DNA of 64,000 nt. Origin: Elusimicrobiota bacterium (GTDB taxonomy: Bacteria > Elusimicrobiota > Elusimicrobia > F11). A program made the position numbers and the translations under genes. The DNA is taken from NCBI GenBank assembly GCA_044221725.1, contig JBGAON010000001.1:544001-608000 (forward strand), in the 5' to 3' direction. The notes under the pieces are model-generated. The model was not told the DNA's origin. It saw only the letters and a program-made list of their open reading frames with translations, and made no database searches. This document shows positions 23,101 to 32,755 of this stretch, piece after piece. The first letter of the stretch is position 1; every line of letters starts with the position of its first letter.

Positions 23101-23564
23101 TCATTGATTCGCTGTCTTTCCGAGCCGCAAATCTTCATCTCGCAACTCTGAACGAAACCAGCCAAACGTGGCAATTGGTCCAAGGCGCGCGCATTGATAC
23201 CGCTAACAAGCGCGTCACAAGCACCGTTAATCATTTCTCGGTTTACGCCTTGTTCGCATCGCCGGCGTCGGCATCGCTTGCCGAAGCCAAGGTTTATCCG
23301 AGCCCTTGGAAAATTGGGTCGTCGACACGGTTTGACGCGGCCTCGTTAATGATCACCAATCTGACCGAGTCCGGCACGATTCGCATTTACACGCTCGGCA
23401 TGCATCTTGTGAAGGAATTGACGTACGGAATTTCCGACGCGGGATCGCTAAGCTGGGATGGACGGAGTTCCGAGGGAGAACAAGTAAAAAGCGGCGTCTA
23501 TTTGATCAACATCGAGAGTTCCTCCGGCGAAAGCAAAACCATCAAACTGGGAATTGAGCGATGA
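20194..23564 (+). CDS. Large secreted surface protein: carboxypeptidase-regulatory-like Ig, beta-helix passenger-like region, FN3 domains, HFS-motif domain, T9SS-CTD/FlgD-like tail; ATG is out of frame by one base at a T9 tract
   Basis: The ORF-track frame (20373) extends upstream without a stop to about 20163 and encodes YVSCLVGLLPNLHA-VDISGHIRD...; ATG 20194 is in another frame. C-terminus KVYPSPWK...IRIYT...WDGR...SGVYLI. Confidence 0.8.
20203..20211 (+). repeat. T9 homopolymer in the signal-peptide coding region
   Basis: ATG AAG AAA TTTTTTTTT ACG; T10 or T7 would restore the frame. Confidence 0.85.
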
Positions 23565-25975
23565 GAAGCAAATCGCGGCGGAAAATTTCCGTTTTCGTTT
23601 TTCAGTTTTTGTTGTTGCTTCATGCGATGGCGGACGACGCCGTTCTGACGCTTCCTGGAGAAGCGAAAGGCGCTGCGCTCGGTGAGGCGTACAGCGCCGC
23701 CGCTTCCGGGGCGGACGGCCTCTGGTACAACCCGGCCACGCTGTCGCGATCGGATGTTCCAACCGTTTCCGTCATGCACACAACCTACATCGAGCGCATC
23801 ACTTTCAATACGCTTGGCGCCGTTTACCCGTTTGGAAACAGAAACGCGGTTGGCGCCGGAATTTCCTATCTCAATGCCGGCTCGGTGCCGTCCTACGACA
23901 ACACGGGCGCTCCGGCATCGTCCTATTCGCCGAACGATCTGGTGGGGCGTGTCGGCGTATCAAAATCAATCGCCGGAACGAGTTTCGGGCTTTCCACCTT
24001 CTTTTTGCGATCCACGATCGCCGACTCGGCGGCGACGTTTGGATTCAATGCGGGGCTGCATCAAGTGTTGGGTCCTTTTTCTTTGGCGTTTGTGGCGGAA
24101 AATTACGGTGGCAAGTTGACGTACCAGTCCGTTGAGGAATCTTTGCCTTCACGGCTGCGCACGGGTTTTGCGGTGCGCCTGTTGCCCAGCCTTAATTGGA
24201 ATACCGATATCGTAAAGCCAACAGATGGTTCGCCGTGGCTCGGAACGGGCGCAGAGACAACGTTTGATGTGGGGCGATCGTTCGAAGTCGCACTTCGCGC
24301 TGGATTTAACACGCGTTCTCAAAACGACGTGAAGGGTCTGCATGGAATATCTGCGGGCGCCGGGTTCGGCTGGTCGGGATCATCGCTGAATTATGCGTGG
24401 ATTCCGTTTGGAGATCTCGGGCAGACGCACCGCCTATCCCTCGATATCGAGGTTGGGAACGTTTCTTCTCCGAGCGAGTATTCGAAACAGGAATTGCGTC
24501 AAAAGACGCTCATTAAACGTGAATCTGTCGCCTCTCCAACCGCGAAGGGTGCGCCGGTAAACGCGGCGGCGTTGCCCATTTATCCGTGGAAAACCAACAA
24601 AGGTATTTGGCGTTCGTCGAAGGAAAAATTGATGGATATTTTAGCGCGCGACGCGCTGTGCTCGCGCGTTGGCGCCCGAGCGCTTGTAACGAACACGCGT
24701 GGAACGGTGTCCTCTGCGTCGCAGAGAGATCTTTCAAAATGGACACGTATGTGGGCCGGAAAATATTTGTTTGAAGGAGACATGCTGCGAACATCGGAGC
24801 TCAGCTACGCGCAGATGGTGTACGCGAACGGCGTGAAAGCCGAGGTGCATCCGAATTCGCAAATCAAAATAAAAATAGACGTGGAAAGTTGTGACCGCGC
24901 CGTCACTTCGCTGGAGAAAGGGACATTGGCCGCCGTGTCAGAGGAAGGGCACGAACTGCGTGTTGAAACACCGCTCGGCGCGGCCACCGTAAAAAATGCG
25001 GAAGCGCAGGTGGGATTTGATGGGAAGCAAATGTCCGTGCGCATGAGGTCCGGTACCGGTGTGGTGTCCGCCGATGGCGTAGAGACGCCGATCAAGCCGC
25101 ATTCTGTTTTCACGAAGTCGTTCGATGGCAAGACGCAAATGACCGCTGATACATCGCCGGATCCTGTTATTAGCTCGCCGATCACCGTTCCCGAGAGTCG
25201 GCGCATTCCTGGACGTTGGGATGACGCATTTGCGAAAAAATTCAAATTTGAAGTGATGCGGTTGGATTCTATTCCGGGTCTCACCGTGAACGAGTATGTG
25301 CGAGATACAACGGTGCGCAAGGAATTAAGTCGGCAACTGTTAAATCAGGTCGACTTGCAGAAGGAATTGCGCAACCAAGAGGATGGGTATCAAAAAGATG
25401 TATCCGATTTTGAGGCGCTGGCCACTAACTTGAAAAAAACTGTATCGAACGAAGATCGCGCGGCCGCCAACGAGCGTCGCGCCAATCTCAAGAAGGCAAA
25501 CTTCGCGCTAAGCAACGCGCGAAAGTCGCTTCAGTCCATTCATGACGAACTCGTCCGCTCGTTACGCGTGATGAGAAAGAACCAAGAATTTCTGGCGACG
25601 ATTCCGATTGTGCGCATGTTGAACATAACGGCTCAAGAATCAACCATTCCGTTCGCGACCGGCCGGGCCATGGTGCCCGAAGAATCAACGGCGACACTCG
25701 ACATGATTGCCGACTCCATCACGCAAATGAAACCGTTCCGAATTGTGGTTCAAGGTCACACGGATCGCACAGGTTCCGATGCCGCGAATCGACGTTTATC
25801 GAAACAACGCGCGGATGCGGTCGCTCTGTATTTGAGAAGGAAAACAGGATTCCCTGGCCGCCAGTTCACCACGCAAGGGAAAGGATCGGCAATGCCGCTC
25901 GTGGTGGAAGACACACCCGAGGCGATGGCAAAAAACCGCCGGGTCGAGATTTGGTTTGAGCTTAGGGGACTTTAA
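23561..25975 (+). CDS. PorV/PorQ-like beta-barrel fused to FecR-like, coiled-coil and OmpA C-terminal domains
   Basis: AKGAALGEAYSA...LWYNPATL, NYAWIPFGDLGQTHRLSL; GD.LRT...VETPLG (FecR-like); GHTDRTG...LSKQRADAV...KNRRVEI (OmpA). Confidence 0.8.
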   Translation: MRSKSRRKISVFVFQFLLLLHAMADDAVLTLPGEAKGAALGEAYSAAASGADGLWYNPATLSRSDVPTVSVMHTTYIERITFNTLGAVYPFGNRNAVGAGISYLNAGSVPSYDNTGAPASSYSPNDLVGRVGVSKSIAGTSFGLSTFFLRSTIADSAATFGFNAGLHQVLGPFSLAFVAENYGGKLTYQSVEESLPSRLRTGFAVRLLPSLNWNTDIVKPTDGSPWLGTGAETTFDVGRSFEVALRAGFNTRSQNDVKGLHGISAGAGFGWSGSSLNYAWIPFGDLGQTHRLSLDIEVGNVSSPSEYSKQELRQKTLIKRESVASPTAKGAPVNAAALPIYPWKTNKGIWRSSKEKLMDILARDALCSRVGARALVTNTRGTVSSASQRDLSKWTRMWAGKYLFEGDMLRTSELSYAQMVYANGVKAEVHPNSQIKIKIDVESCDRAVTSLEKGTLAAVSEEGHELRVETPLGAATVKNAEAQVGFDGKQMSVRMRSGTGVVSADGVETPIKPHSVFTKSFDGKTQMTADTSPDPVISSPITVPESRRIPGRWDDAFAKKFKFEVMRLDSIPGLTVNEYVRDTTVRKELSRQLLNQVDLQKELRNQEDGYQKDVSDFEALATNLKKTVSNEDRAAANERRANLKKANFALSNARKSLQSIHDELVRSLRVMRKNQEFLATIPIVRMLNITAQESTIPFATGRAMVPEESTATLDMIADSITQMKPFRIVVQGHTDRTGSDAANRRLSKQRADAVALYLRRKTGFPGRQFTTQGKGSAMPLVVEDTPEAMAKNRRVEIWFELRGL

Positions 25976-25981
25976 TTTCTT

Positions 25982-26752
25982 TTAGAAGTTGAAGGCGAGA
26001 TAAAAAATAGAAGGATTCCATTTAAAATCGCGAAAAATATCGGCCTTCTGAAACTGCGGAAACCGGGCGAGTTTGTAACCCAGTTCGAGATCAAACGATT
26101 TTATCGTAAACAAGAAACTCGCCGATCCTTCCCATGTGGCATCAAACCAGTTCTTGTCGGCATTGCCACTAGCGAACGAAAATTGGGAGATGGTGAGTGT
26201 CTGCCGTGTACCAATGTGGCCCGAGGCACCTCCCACGCCGCCACCGATGCGAAGCGCCATTTTCGTTGTCAGCGGCACTTTCCGATACGCTTCAACCATC
26301 AATCGGATAAAACGCGTTTGAAAATTTCCGTTAAGGCCAAACAAATTGGAGCTGCCGGGCGCCGGTTGAATTGAATACGTAAGACTTGGGCCTTCAATGT
26401 ATCCGATGCTGGCTCCGTATTGCCAGAGTGACTTGTCGCCGTAGGGAAACAGAGCGCCAAGTCGAAATCCATACGGTTGCGGGGCATTGTGAGAGGTGGA
26501 ATACCCAAACGGTTGCAGACTATCAACATCCTTGGCCCACTCGTCCGCCGCTCCGCTCAACGTCAGGTATTCGAAATTCGTAAGAAACGTGACGCCATTT
26601 TTTTCTTTTCCCGTGCCTCCCGAATTTATGATGCGATCCCGATCTTTTATTTTGTCATGACCGAGTGTCTTCGCGTAAAGGAAGGAGGGGGCGCCGTGCG
26701 AACAGGCGAACAAGCAAACAAGGGCAACAAAAGTCCGGTGTGATTTTCGCAT
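25982..26752 (-). CDS. Putative outer-membrane beta-barrel protein
   Basis: Signal peptide, alternating aromatic/Gly strands, terminal Phe (YLAFNF). Confidence 0.6.
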   Translation of the reverse strand: MRKSHRTFVALVCLFACSHGAPSFLYAKTLGHDKIKDRDRIINSGGTGKEKNGVTFLTNFEYLTLSGAADEWAKDVDSLQPFGYSTSHNAPQPYGFRLGALFPYGDKSLWQYGASIGYIEGPSLTYSIQPAPGSSNLFGLNGNFQTRFIRLMVEAYRKVPLTTKMALRIGGGVGGASGHIGTRQTLTISQFSFASGNADKNWFDATWEGSASFLFTIKSFDLELGYKLARFPQFQKADIFRDFKWNPSIFYLAFNF

Positions 26753-26789
26753 GACCAAGTATGGTCACGCTTCTCAGAACTCACCAGTC

Positions 26790-27521
26790 CTAATCGTATT
26801 TTTCGTAGTGGATTTGTTCTTTTGGTACGCCGAGCGACAAAAGCTTGTCTTGCACGTCGTTGATCATTTTCGACAAACCACAGATGTAAAAATCCTTGCT
26901 CTTCGGATCGGGAACAAATTCGGCGATTTTTTCTTGAACGTAGCCTTTGCTCCCTTTCCATTGGTCCGATGGACGGCTCAAAGTAAAAAACACCTTAAAG
27001 GTCGGATTTTGTTTCGCGAGTTCTTCCCAGTCTTTCTGGTAGATAATGTCGTCATCAAACCGGTTGCCGAACAACAGGTACATTTTGCGTGAGGTCTTTC
27101 GATGAATCTCGTCGTAAATCATGCTGCGCATCGGCGCGATTCCGGAGCCGGTCGCAATGTAAACCACATCGCGTGGCAGTGGCTCGGGTTGTGTGAATTT
27201 TCCAAGCGGCCCCATCGCGGTCACTTTGTCGCCGACCTTAAGGTGATGCAAGAACGTGGACGATTTCCCGCCTTCGACGTGCGTCACGCAGAGTTCAAAA
27301 TAATCCGGATGTTGCGGCGAGGACGCGATCGAATACGACGTGCGGCGCGGTTTGTCGGGTTGGGGAACAAAGATCTGCACGAATTGACCGGCTTTGAAAT
27401 GCATCTCTTTGCCCTTGGGTAATTGGAAACGCAAATGGATGTTCCGCGGCGTCACGATTTTTGATTCAACAACGGTGGTTTCGTAAGTGTCGAATGCTCG
27501 TGCGTGTGTTTCTTCAGTCAC
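26790..27521 (-). CDS. FNR-family FAD/NAD(P)-binding oxidoreductase
   Basis: FKAGQF, SYSIAS, GKSSTFL, GPLGKF, IATGSGIAP, YICG, HYEKY; RBS GGAGG before GTG. Confidence 0.9.
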   Translation of the reverse strand: MTEETHARAFDTYETTVVESKIVTPRNIHLRFQLPKGKEMHFKAGQFVQIFVPQPDKPRRTSYSIASSPQHPDYFELCVTHVEGGKSSTFLHHLKVGDKVTAMGPLGKFTQPEPLPRDVVYIATGSGIAPMRSMIYDEIHRKTSRKMYLLFGNRFDDDIIYQKDWEELAKQNPTFKVFFTLSRPSDQWKGSKGYVQEKIAEFVPDPKSKDFYICGLSKMINDVQDKLLSLGVPKEQIHYEKYD

Positions 27522-27563
27522 AATTTCCTCCGAAATAGTTTTTCAATTTCTATCATAAAACAA

Positions 27564-28823
27564 ATGTCGCAACGGAAAGCTCTCGGATTAATTCTACCGC
27601 TGATTTGTTGCGCGGCAATGCTTTTTGCAAAGGAGTCTCCGCTCACCGAAAGCGAACGTGCCGCCGTTGCTACCGCGAAGCGGTTTATCTACTTAATCGA
27701 CCATCCCGACAAAAAGGTTCCCAATCCGCGGAGGCGTTTGCGAGAAATGATGCCGCTGCCTCTCGTCACGGTGTCGGCACTCTCAAGCGACGAGCGCCGA
27801 AGCGTGATGGCGTTCGCGAGCGGGTCCTTGCAAAAGTTTTCGTCCTCCGTTTATGCGAGCGCGCGCGATTTCGATGCGGCCACCGCCAATCTCGCTCTGG
27901 ATGCGGGTTCGACGTTCCACTCGTCGCTCATCAGCGAAGGATTCAATCGGCTCGGTAACCTCGGCTCCAATGTTCGGATAAACAAACAAGAAGTGGAGTT
28001 AATTGACGCCAAAGACCGGTTGAACGACGTGTTGCATCTTTGGGGCCTGCATCTCGTGTTGGACGTCGAAAAATTAAACACAGGCCGATTGAACTTGTCA
28101 GCGTACACCATTGAAAAGAAACACGGTTACGACGTGCTTGGAAGCACCTTCGTGATGTATGAGGTGCAACCGATAGTGGAGAACGAATTCCATCCGGCCC
28201 TCGGTCATGCTGAAGTTGAGCAGGGGTATTTGCTGTTGTTTGGTCAAACTGTTGACTCCGAAGTGGCAATGGCCACGCGGTATCTGGAAACCGAATCGGT
28301 AAGTTTCTTAGCTCCGGGTGTGAGTTTCAGCTCGGGCACGGTGCGCGCGCTTGATGCGCTCACGCGTGACGCGATTGCTGATACAAAAGATTTGCGCGCG
28401 CGATTTATCGACACGGTCGGCCATCACGAAGGATTTCACAAATACATAGAGCCCACACTGGCGATGGCCGTGAAACGCGGATTTCTAACGGAAACCGAAA
28501 AAATGGCTTGGCACGAAACCGGAGCGTATCTCTATCAACTCGAAAGCTCAGACGAGCGGTTCACGCTGATTGATCTCATGGTAATCTTGGCCACTGCCCG
28601 CAGCGATAATAAAGGGTTTTACGCGAACAAGCAGGGCGCGCGGCAAATGTTTGCGGCGTTGCAAAGGCAAATGATGGGCGTTCGGTTCGTGGGCGTTGCG
28701 AACAATTTTAGCGAGCCCGGGTTGATCGATCTGTTCACAAAATCGTCGGCGGAGATCAAACAAGCGGCGTTTGCTGCGCGACAGCATTATGAAATCGAAA
28801 TGAGAAACGGTTTGAAAGAATAA
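27564..28823 (+). CDS. Secreted hypothetical protein with HExxH motif (putative zinc metallopeptidase)
   Basis: Signal peptide; HHEGFH followed downstream by HETGAY. Confidence 0.55.
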   Translation: MSQRKALGLILPLICCAAMLFAKESPLTESERAAVATAKRFIYLIDHPDKKVPNPRRRLREMMPLPLVTVSALSSDERRSVMAFASGSLQKFSSSVYASARDFDAATANLALDAGSTFHSSLISEGFNRLGNLGSNVRINKQEVELIDAKDRLNDVLHLWGLHLVLDVEKLNTGRLNLSAYTIEKKHGYDVLGSTFVMYEVQPIVENEFHPALGHAEVEQGYLLLFGQTVDSEVAMATRYLETESVSFLAPGVSFSSGTVRALDALTRDAIADTKDLRARFIDTVGHHEGFHKYIEPTLAMAVKRGFLTETEKMAWHETGAYLYQLESSDERFTLIDLMVILATARSDNKGFYANKQGARQMFAALQRQMMGVRFVGVANNFSEPGLIDLFTKSSAEIKQAAFAARQHYEIEMRNGLKE

Positions 28824-28834
28824 AAGGGGGGAAT

Positions 28835-30250
28835 GTGAAGAAGGCATTTTTTATCGTTTTTGGTTTGCTCTCAGTTTCCATCGAAGCTGCGGCCGTTGAT
28901 GTCACGGTTTACAACCAGGATCTCGGCCTCATTAAAGAGACTCGTAAGTTCAAGCTCGCCAACGGAATTACCGATGTAACGGTTGCGGATGTGCCGTCAC
29001 AAATTGATGCCACGAGCGTGCATTTTAAATCGCTGTCCGATCCGGATGCCGTGGCCGTCATCGAGCAAAATTTTCAGTACGACCTAATTAACCAGGAAAA
29101 ATTGCTTGATCGTTACTTGGGCAAAGAAGTGGAGCTGGAGCGTTTCTCTGGTCCGAATGGCGAAAAAAAGGAAACTATCAAAGGCATTGTGCTGACCAGC
29201 AACGGCAACCGCGTGATTCAAGTCGGCAAGAAAATTTATTTGAACCCGCCCGGCAGTTTGGTGCTTCCAGAGTTGCCCGAAGGATTGTTAACGAGGCCAA
29301 CGTTGCTATGGAAAGTCTCGTCGAAAAAATCCGGGGAACAAAATTGCGAAATTAGTTATCTCACCTCCGGCATGAGTTGGAATGCTGACTATCTGCTCGT
29401 CACGTCGCCGAAAGACGACAAGCTGGATTTGAACGCATGGGTCACCATCCAAAACAATTCGGGGGCGTCGTTCGCTGATGCGAAGTTGAAACTTGTGGCC
29501 GGTGACGTAAATCGCGTCCCGGCGCCGTCGGCGCCGCGCGCGATGGGAATGAGGTACGAGATGGCGAAAGACATGGCGGCCGCGTCCCAGTTTCAGGAGA
29601 AAGGTTTTTTCGAATATCACTTGTACACGCTGCAACGGCCAACGACGCTGAAAAACAACGAGACGAAACAAATTGAGATGGCGTCGGCGTCGGACGTGCC
29701 GGTGAAGAAGTTGTTTATCTACGACGGTGCTCAAAACATTTATATGCAAGATTGGAACGAGTACACGCGCACCGACGCAAGTTACGGCACGCAGGGTCAA
29801 AAGAAAGTGTGGGTGATGCTCGAGTTTGTGAACTCAAAGGACAACAACCTAGGAATCCCATTGCCAAAAGGCCGCATCCGCGTTTATAAAAAGGATACGG
29901 ACGGCGCGCTGGAGTTTATTGGCGAGGATTCCATCGATCACACGCCGAAAGACGAAAAGGTTCGCGTGAAGATGGGAGATGCGTTCGATGTGGTGGGCGA
30001 ACGCACGCGAACCAATTTTCTATCAGACAAACGTTCGTTTCAGGAAACGTTTGAAATCAAGCTTCGCAACCACAAAGACGATGCAGCGACGGTTCGCGTA
30101 GTCGAGCATCTTTACCGCTGGAACAATTGGAAAGTTCTCGAGTCCTCTCAAAAATTCACAAAGAAAGACGCGCAGACCATCGAATTCGAAGTGCCCGTGC
30201 CAAAAGACGGTGAATCCGTTGTTGCCTACACCGTGAAGTATTCATGGTAA
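28835..30250 (+). CDS. DUF4139 domain secreted protein
   Basis: VTVYNQDLGLI, EQNFQYDL, SYLTSGMSWNADY, KLVAGDV, YHLYTL, LGIPLPKG, IDHTPKDE, GDAFDV. Confidence 0.85.
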   Translation: MKKAFFIVFGLLSVSIEAAAVDVTVYNQDLGLIKETRKFKLANGITDVTVADVPSQIDATSVHFKSLSDPDAVAVIEQNFQYDLINQEKLLDRYLGKEVELERFSGPNGEKKETIKGIVLTSNGNRVIQVGKKIYLNPPGSLVLPELPEGLLTRPTLLWKVSSKKSGEQNCEISYLTSGMSWNADYLLVTSPKDDKLDLNAWVTIQNNSGASFADAKLKLVAGDVNRVPAPSAPRAMGMRYEMAKDMAAASQFQEKGFFEYHLYTLQRPTTLKNNETKQIEMASASDVPVKKLFIYDGAQNIYMQDWNEYTRTDASYGTQGQKKVWVMLEFVNSKDNNLGIPLPKGRIRVYKKDTDGALEFIGEDSIDHTPKDEKVRVKMGDAFDVVGERTRTNFLSDKRSFQETFEIKLRNHKDDAATVRVVEHLYRWNNWKVLESSQKFTKKDAQTIEFEVPVPKDGESVVAYTVKYSW

Positions 30251-30727
30251 CAGCAGCAACGGATCAATGAAATAACCGTCGGGCGTAATAATTTCGAAAT
30301 GCAAATGCGGCGTGGACGCGCGCCCCGTCGCCCCTACCGTTCCGACCGGTTCGTGAGCGGCCACTTTCTGGCCCAGTTTCACCTTCACGGTTTTTAAATG
30401 CGCGTAACGCGTTTGGTATCCGTCCGCGTGGTCCAGTCGAATTTGGTTTCCGTACCCTTTGATCCATCCGACCGACATCACACGCCCCGCACGCGCTGAC
30501 AAGACGGTTTCACCCCCTTTTCTACTTTTCTGCAAATCAACACCGGTATGAAAGCTGCCACCGCGCTCGCCGAAACGCGATAATACTTTTGCGTTCGGAA
30601 GCGGATGTTGAAACGCTTCGCTTGGCTTTCTATCAACATGCCGCTGCACACGCACATGTTTTGTGATGGTGGGGCCGCACGCCGTTGAGAAAAGGACAAT
30701 CAAAAGAGCAGCGCGTCTTATGTTCAT
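30242..30727 (-). CDS. M23 family metallopeptidase lipoprotein
   Basis: Lipobox STAC; HTGVD, YAHL, TG.ASTPHLHFE. Confidence 0.9.
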   Translation of the reverse strand: MNIRRAALLIVLFSTACGPTITKHVRVQRHVDRKPSEAFQHPLPNAKVLSRFGERGGSFHTGVDLQKSRKGGETVLSARAGRVMSVGWIKGYGNQIRLDHADGYQTRYAHLKTVKVKLGQKVAAHEPVGTVGATGRASTPHLHFEIITPDGYFIDPLLLLP

Positions 30728-30883
30728 GCGCTTATTTGATAAATTCCCGCCGACGTTAGCTATGCAGATAGGTGCCGCGCTGCGGCACTCTTTGGAAATC
30801 GGGCATGTGGCGGAATGGCAGACGCAACGGACTTAAAATCCGTTTCTCTTCGGAGAGTGTGGGTTCGACTCCCTCCATGCCCA
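30639..30883. repeat. 245-bp direct repeat, copy 1 (5' end of M23 gene, intergenic region, tRNA-Leu)
   Basis: Identical by eye to 39709-39953 (offset 9070). Confidence 0.95.
30801..30883 (+). tRNA. tRNA-Leu (anticodon TAA), copy 1
   Basis: Acceptor stem GGGCATG/CATGCCC+A, anticodon arm ACGGA-CTTAAAA-TCCGT, long variable arm CTCTTCGGAG, T-loop GGTTCGAC. Confidence 0.95.
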
Positions 30884-30984
30884 TTTTGGAATATGTGATT
30901 CCTTCTATCTAGCTGCCAAATTCCTATTGAAATAAATTTGGTGGTGGATAAGCTCAACTGGTGTCTTATCAGGAGGAATTCAAT

Positions 30985-31443
30985 ATGAAAAAAATAGTTC
31001 CTTTGTTTATTCTGCTTTTTTTAGCGTCCGGCATAGTGAAAGCTGGTGGCCCACCGCCACCACCGAAACTAAGAACCCTTAAAGGAAATATTCACTTGAT
31101 TTGGGGCGATCCAAAAAGGGGCAACCAAATTCCTGTTGGAAACGTTCCAGGAAGTCCGGCAACGAGAAACCCGTTGGTAGTTTCTGCCGTCATTGAAGGA
31201 ACTTTCGTTGCTATTGCATTTGGTGAAACAAGTGATCCGGGAGGAATCTTGCCTTTCAACAAAGAAGTTATGGACGGTACGGGGATACTCACATTTAGTG
31301 CGACGAGAGTTGTTTCAAATACGACGTATTCATGCAAAGCGGATCTGCCGGTTGCAGAAGGTGATCAAGATTATGGCGAAGTTGAATGCGTTCTTGATCG
31401 ACACACAAAGGTCAGGAGAGGAACAACCCCACAAGAAGAGTAA
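30985..31443 (+). CDS. Secreted hypothetical protein (AT-rich)
   Basis: AGGAGG RBS, MKK signal peptide ending VKA, poly-Pro, two Cys. Confidence 0.7.
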   Translation: MKKIVPLFILLFLASGIVKAGGPPPPPKLRTLKGNIHLIWGDPKRGNQIPVGNVPGSPATRNPLVVSAVIEGTFVAIAFGETSDPGGILPFNKEVMDGTGILTFSATRVVSNTTYSCKADLPVAEGDQDYGEVECVLDRHTKVRRGTTPQEE

Positions 31444-31474
31444 AAAATATAGAGTCAATCCATCGCGATAAATC

Positions 31475-31520
31475 AGAGAGGGGCGGGGACCTAGATAAAT
31501 CCAGGTCTTCGCCCCTTTCT
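31475..31520 (+). terminator. Stem-loop between convergent genes (putative terminator)
   Basis: AGAGAGGGGCGGGGACCT-10 nt-AGGTCTTCGCCCCTTTCT; the mismatches are G-U compatible on the + strand. Confidence 0.6.
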
Positions 31521-31545
31521 AATTTTCTAGGGCATAATTCCCTCA

Positions 31546-32748
31546 TTAAGGAATAATTATTTTCATTCCTTGCTTGAGGTCGGTCGGGTCTTCCATTAAA
31601 TGTTTGTTCGCTGCGTAGATGGCGTGCCAGCGGCTTTTATCGCCGAGTTCGTTTTTTGCAATCGATCCGAGGTTGTCCCCTTCTTTGACCACGTAAACAC
31701 GACTCTGTGCCGTGCGAACGGGCAAGGTAATTGTGGGCTTGTTCGCGATGGCAACATTGGCATCCTGTTTGGCTGATGAAAGAGATGTGTTTGGTTCTTT
31801 TTGCACAAAGCTTTCAGCTTTTGACCGGGCCCCGAATTGCATTCCGACGCTCACCGTGTGGCGGCCGCTTAATTCATTTAGCATGCCGAACGAATAATCG
31901 AGAGAGAAACGGTCCAGCGCGAAACCGGCACCGAGAGTCATTTCTTTTACGTTGCTTCCCGAACGATACCCGCCTCGTAACGCGAGCGGACCAACAAGTG
32001 TTTCGAGACCCAGCGATGGGACCAACTTTTTTTCGTTAACCATATAAGGGGCATCAAGCAGGAGCGTGGTGGGAGCCTTTCCCGAAAAGAGCGAAATGGC
32101 GGATCCGGCACGAAGCGTGCGCGGTAAGTTGTCGCCTTTGCTCGCGTATTTCAATTGCGATCCATAATTCAGGGCCGCCGCGCCCACGCGCACGCGTGAC
32201 GACAATTTCATTTGCAATCCGAGATCAACGGCGGCCGCTTGGGCGGTGAATTGTTCAACGAGCGTGGAACGTAAATATTTTCCTGATATTCCCAATGACG
32301 AGCGGCCTATGTTCCGTGAATAACCAAGTCCGAAAGAATAATCTTGCTGGGCGCTTACGGAGCGGGTGCCCGAATCGTCAGATAATTCAATCGAGCCACC
32401 GTTATACGCGCCGAACATGAGGCCCCACGAAGATTTTCGAGACATGGGTCTGCCAATCATTAACTGGCCGCGGGATTCGTCGATGAGGCCTTGTTGATAG
32501 AGAAACGACGCGCGACCGGAGCTCAACGTGCCGAGCGAAGCGGGATTGTAAACGAACGCAGAGATATCATCCGAACCGGCCGAATAAGCTTTGGCGAGCG
32601 ATGTCGGTCGCGCACCTCCATCGCTGAGTAGTGACAATCCACCGGACGCGGTCCCGCCAAGCGCCACCGCGGAGAAAAACAGCGGATAAGCCGCCAAGAA
32701 AATTCCGCAGAGGGCTATTTTTCGACGTTTATTTTTTAGTCGTCGCAT
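31546..32748 (-). CDS. PorV/PorQ-like beta-barrel with C-terminal LysM domain (copy 1)
   Basis: GARPTSLAKAYSA...YNPASL, DLG, LDYSF; LysM YVVKEGDNLGSIA...IYAAN. Confidence 0.82.
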   Translation of the reverse strand: MRRLKNKRRKIALCGIFLAAYPLFFSAVALGGTASGGLSLLSDGGARPTSLAKAYSAGSDDISAFVYNPASLGTLSSGRASFLYQQGLIDESRGQLMIGRPMSRKSSWGLMFGAYNGGSIELSDDSGTRSVSAQQDYSFGLGYSRNIGRSSLGISGKYLRSTLVEQFTAQAAAVDLGLQMKLSSRVRVGAAALNYGSQLKYASKGDNLPRTLRAGSAISLFSGKAPTTLLLDAPYMVNEKKLVPSLGLETLVGPLALRGGYRSGSNVKEMTLGAGFALDRFSLDYSFGMLNELSGRHTVSVGMQFGARSKAESFVQKEPNTSLSSAKQDANVAIANKPTITLPVRTAQSRVYVVKEGDNLGSIAKNELGDKSRWHAIYAANKHLMEDPTDLKQGMKIIIP

Positions 32749-32755
32749 AGAAATC

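Noticed and set aside
30772..30788. GTGCCGC-GCT-GCGGCAC hairpin before the tRNA
   Set aside because: Short, no U-tract, and no function can be supported.
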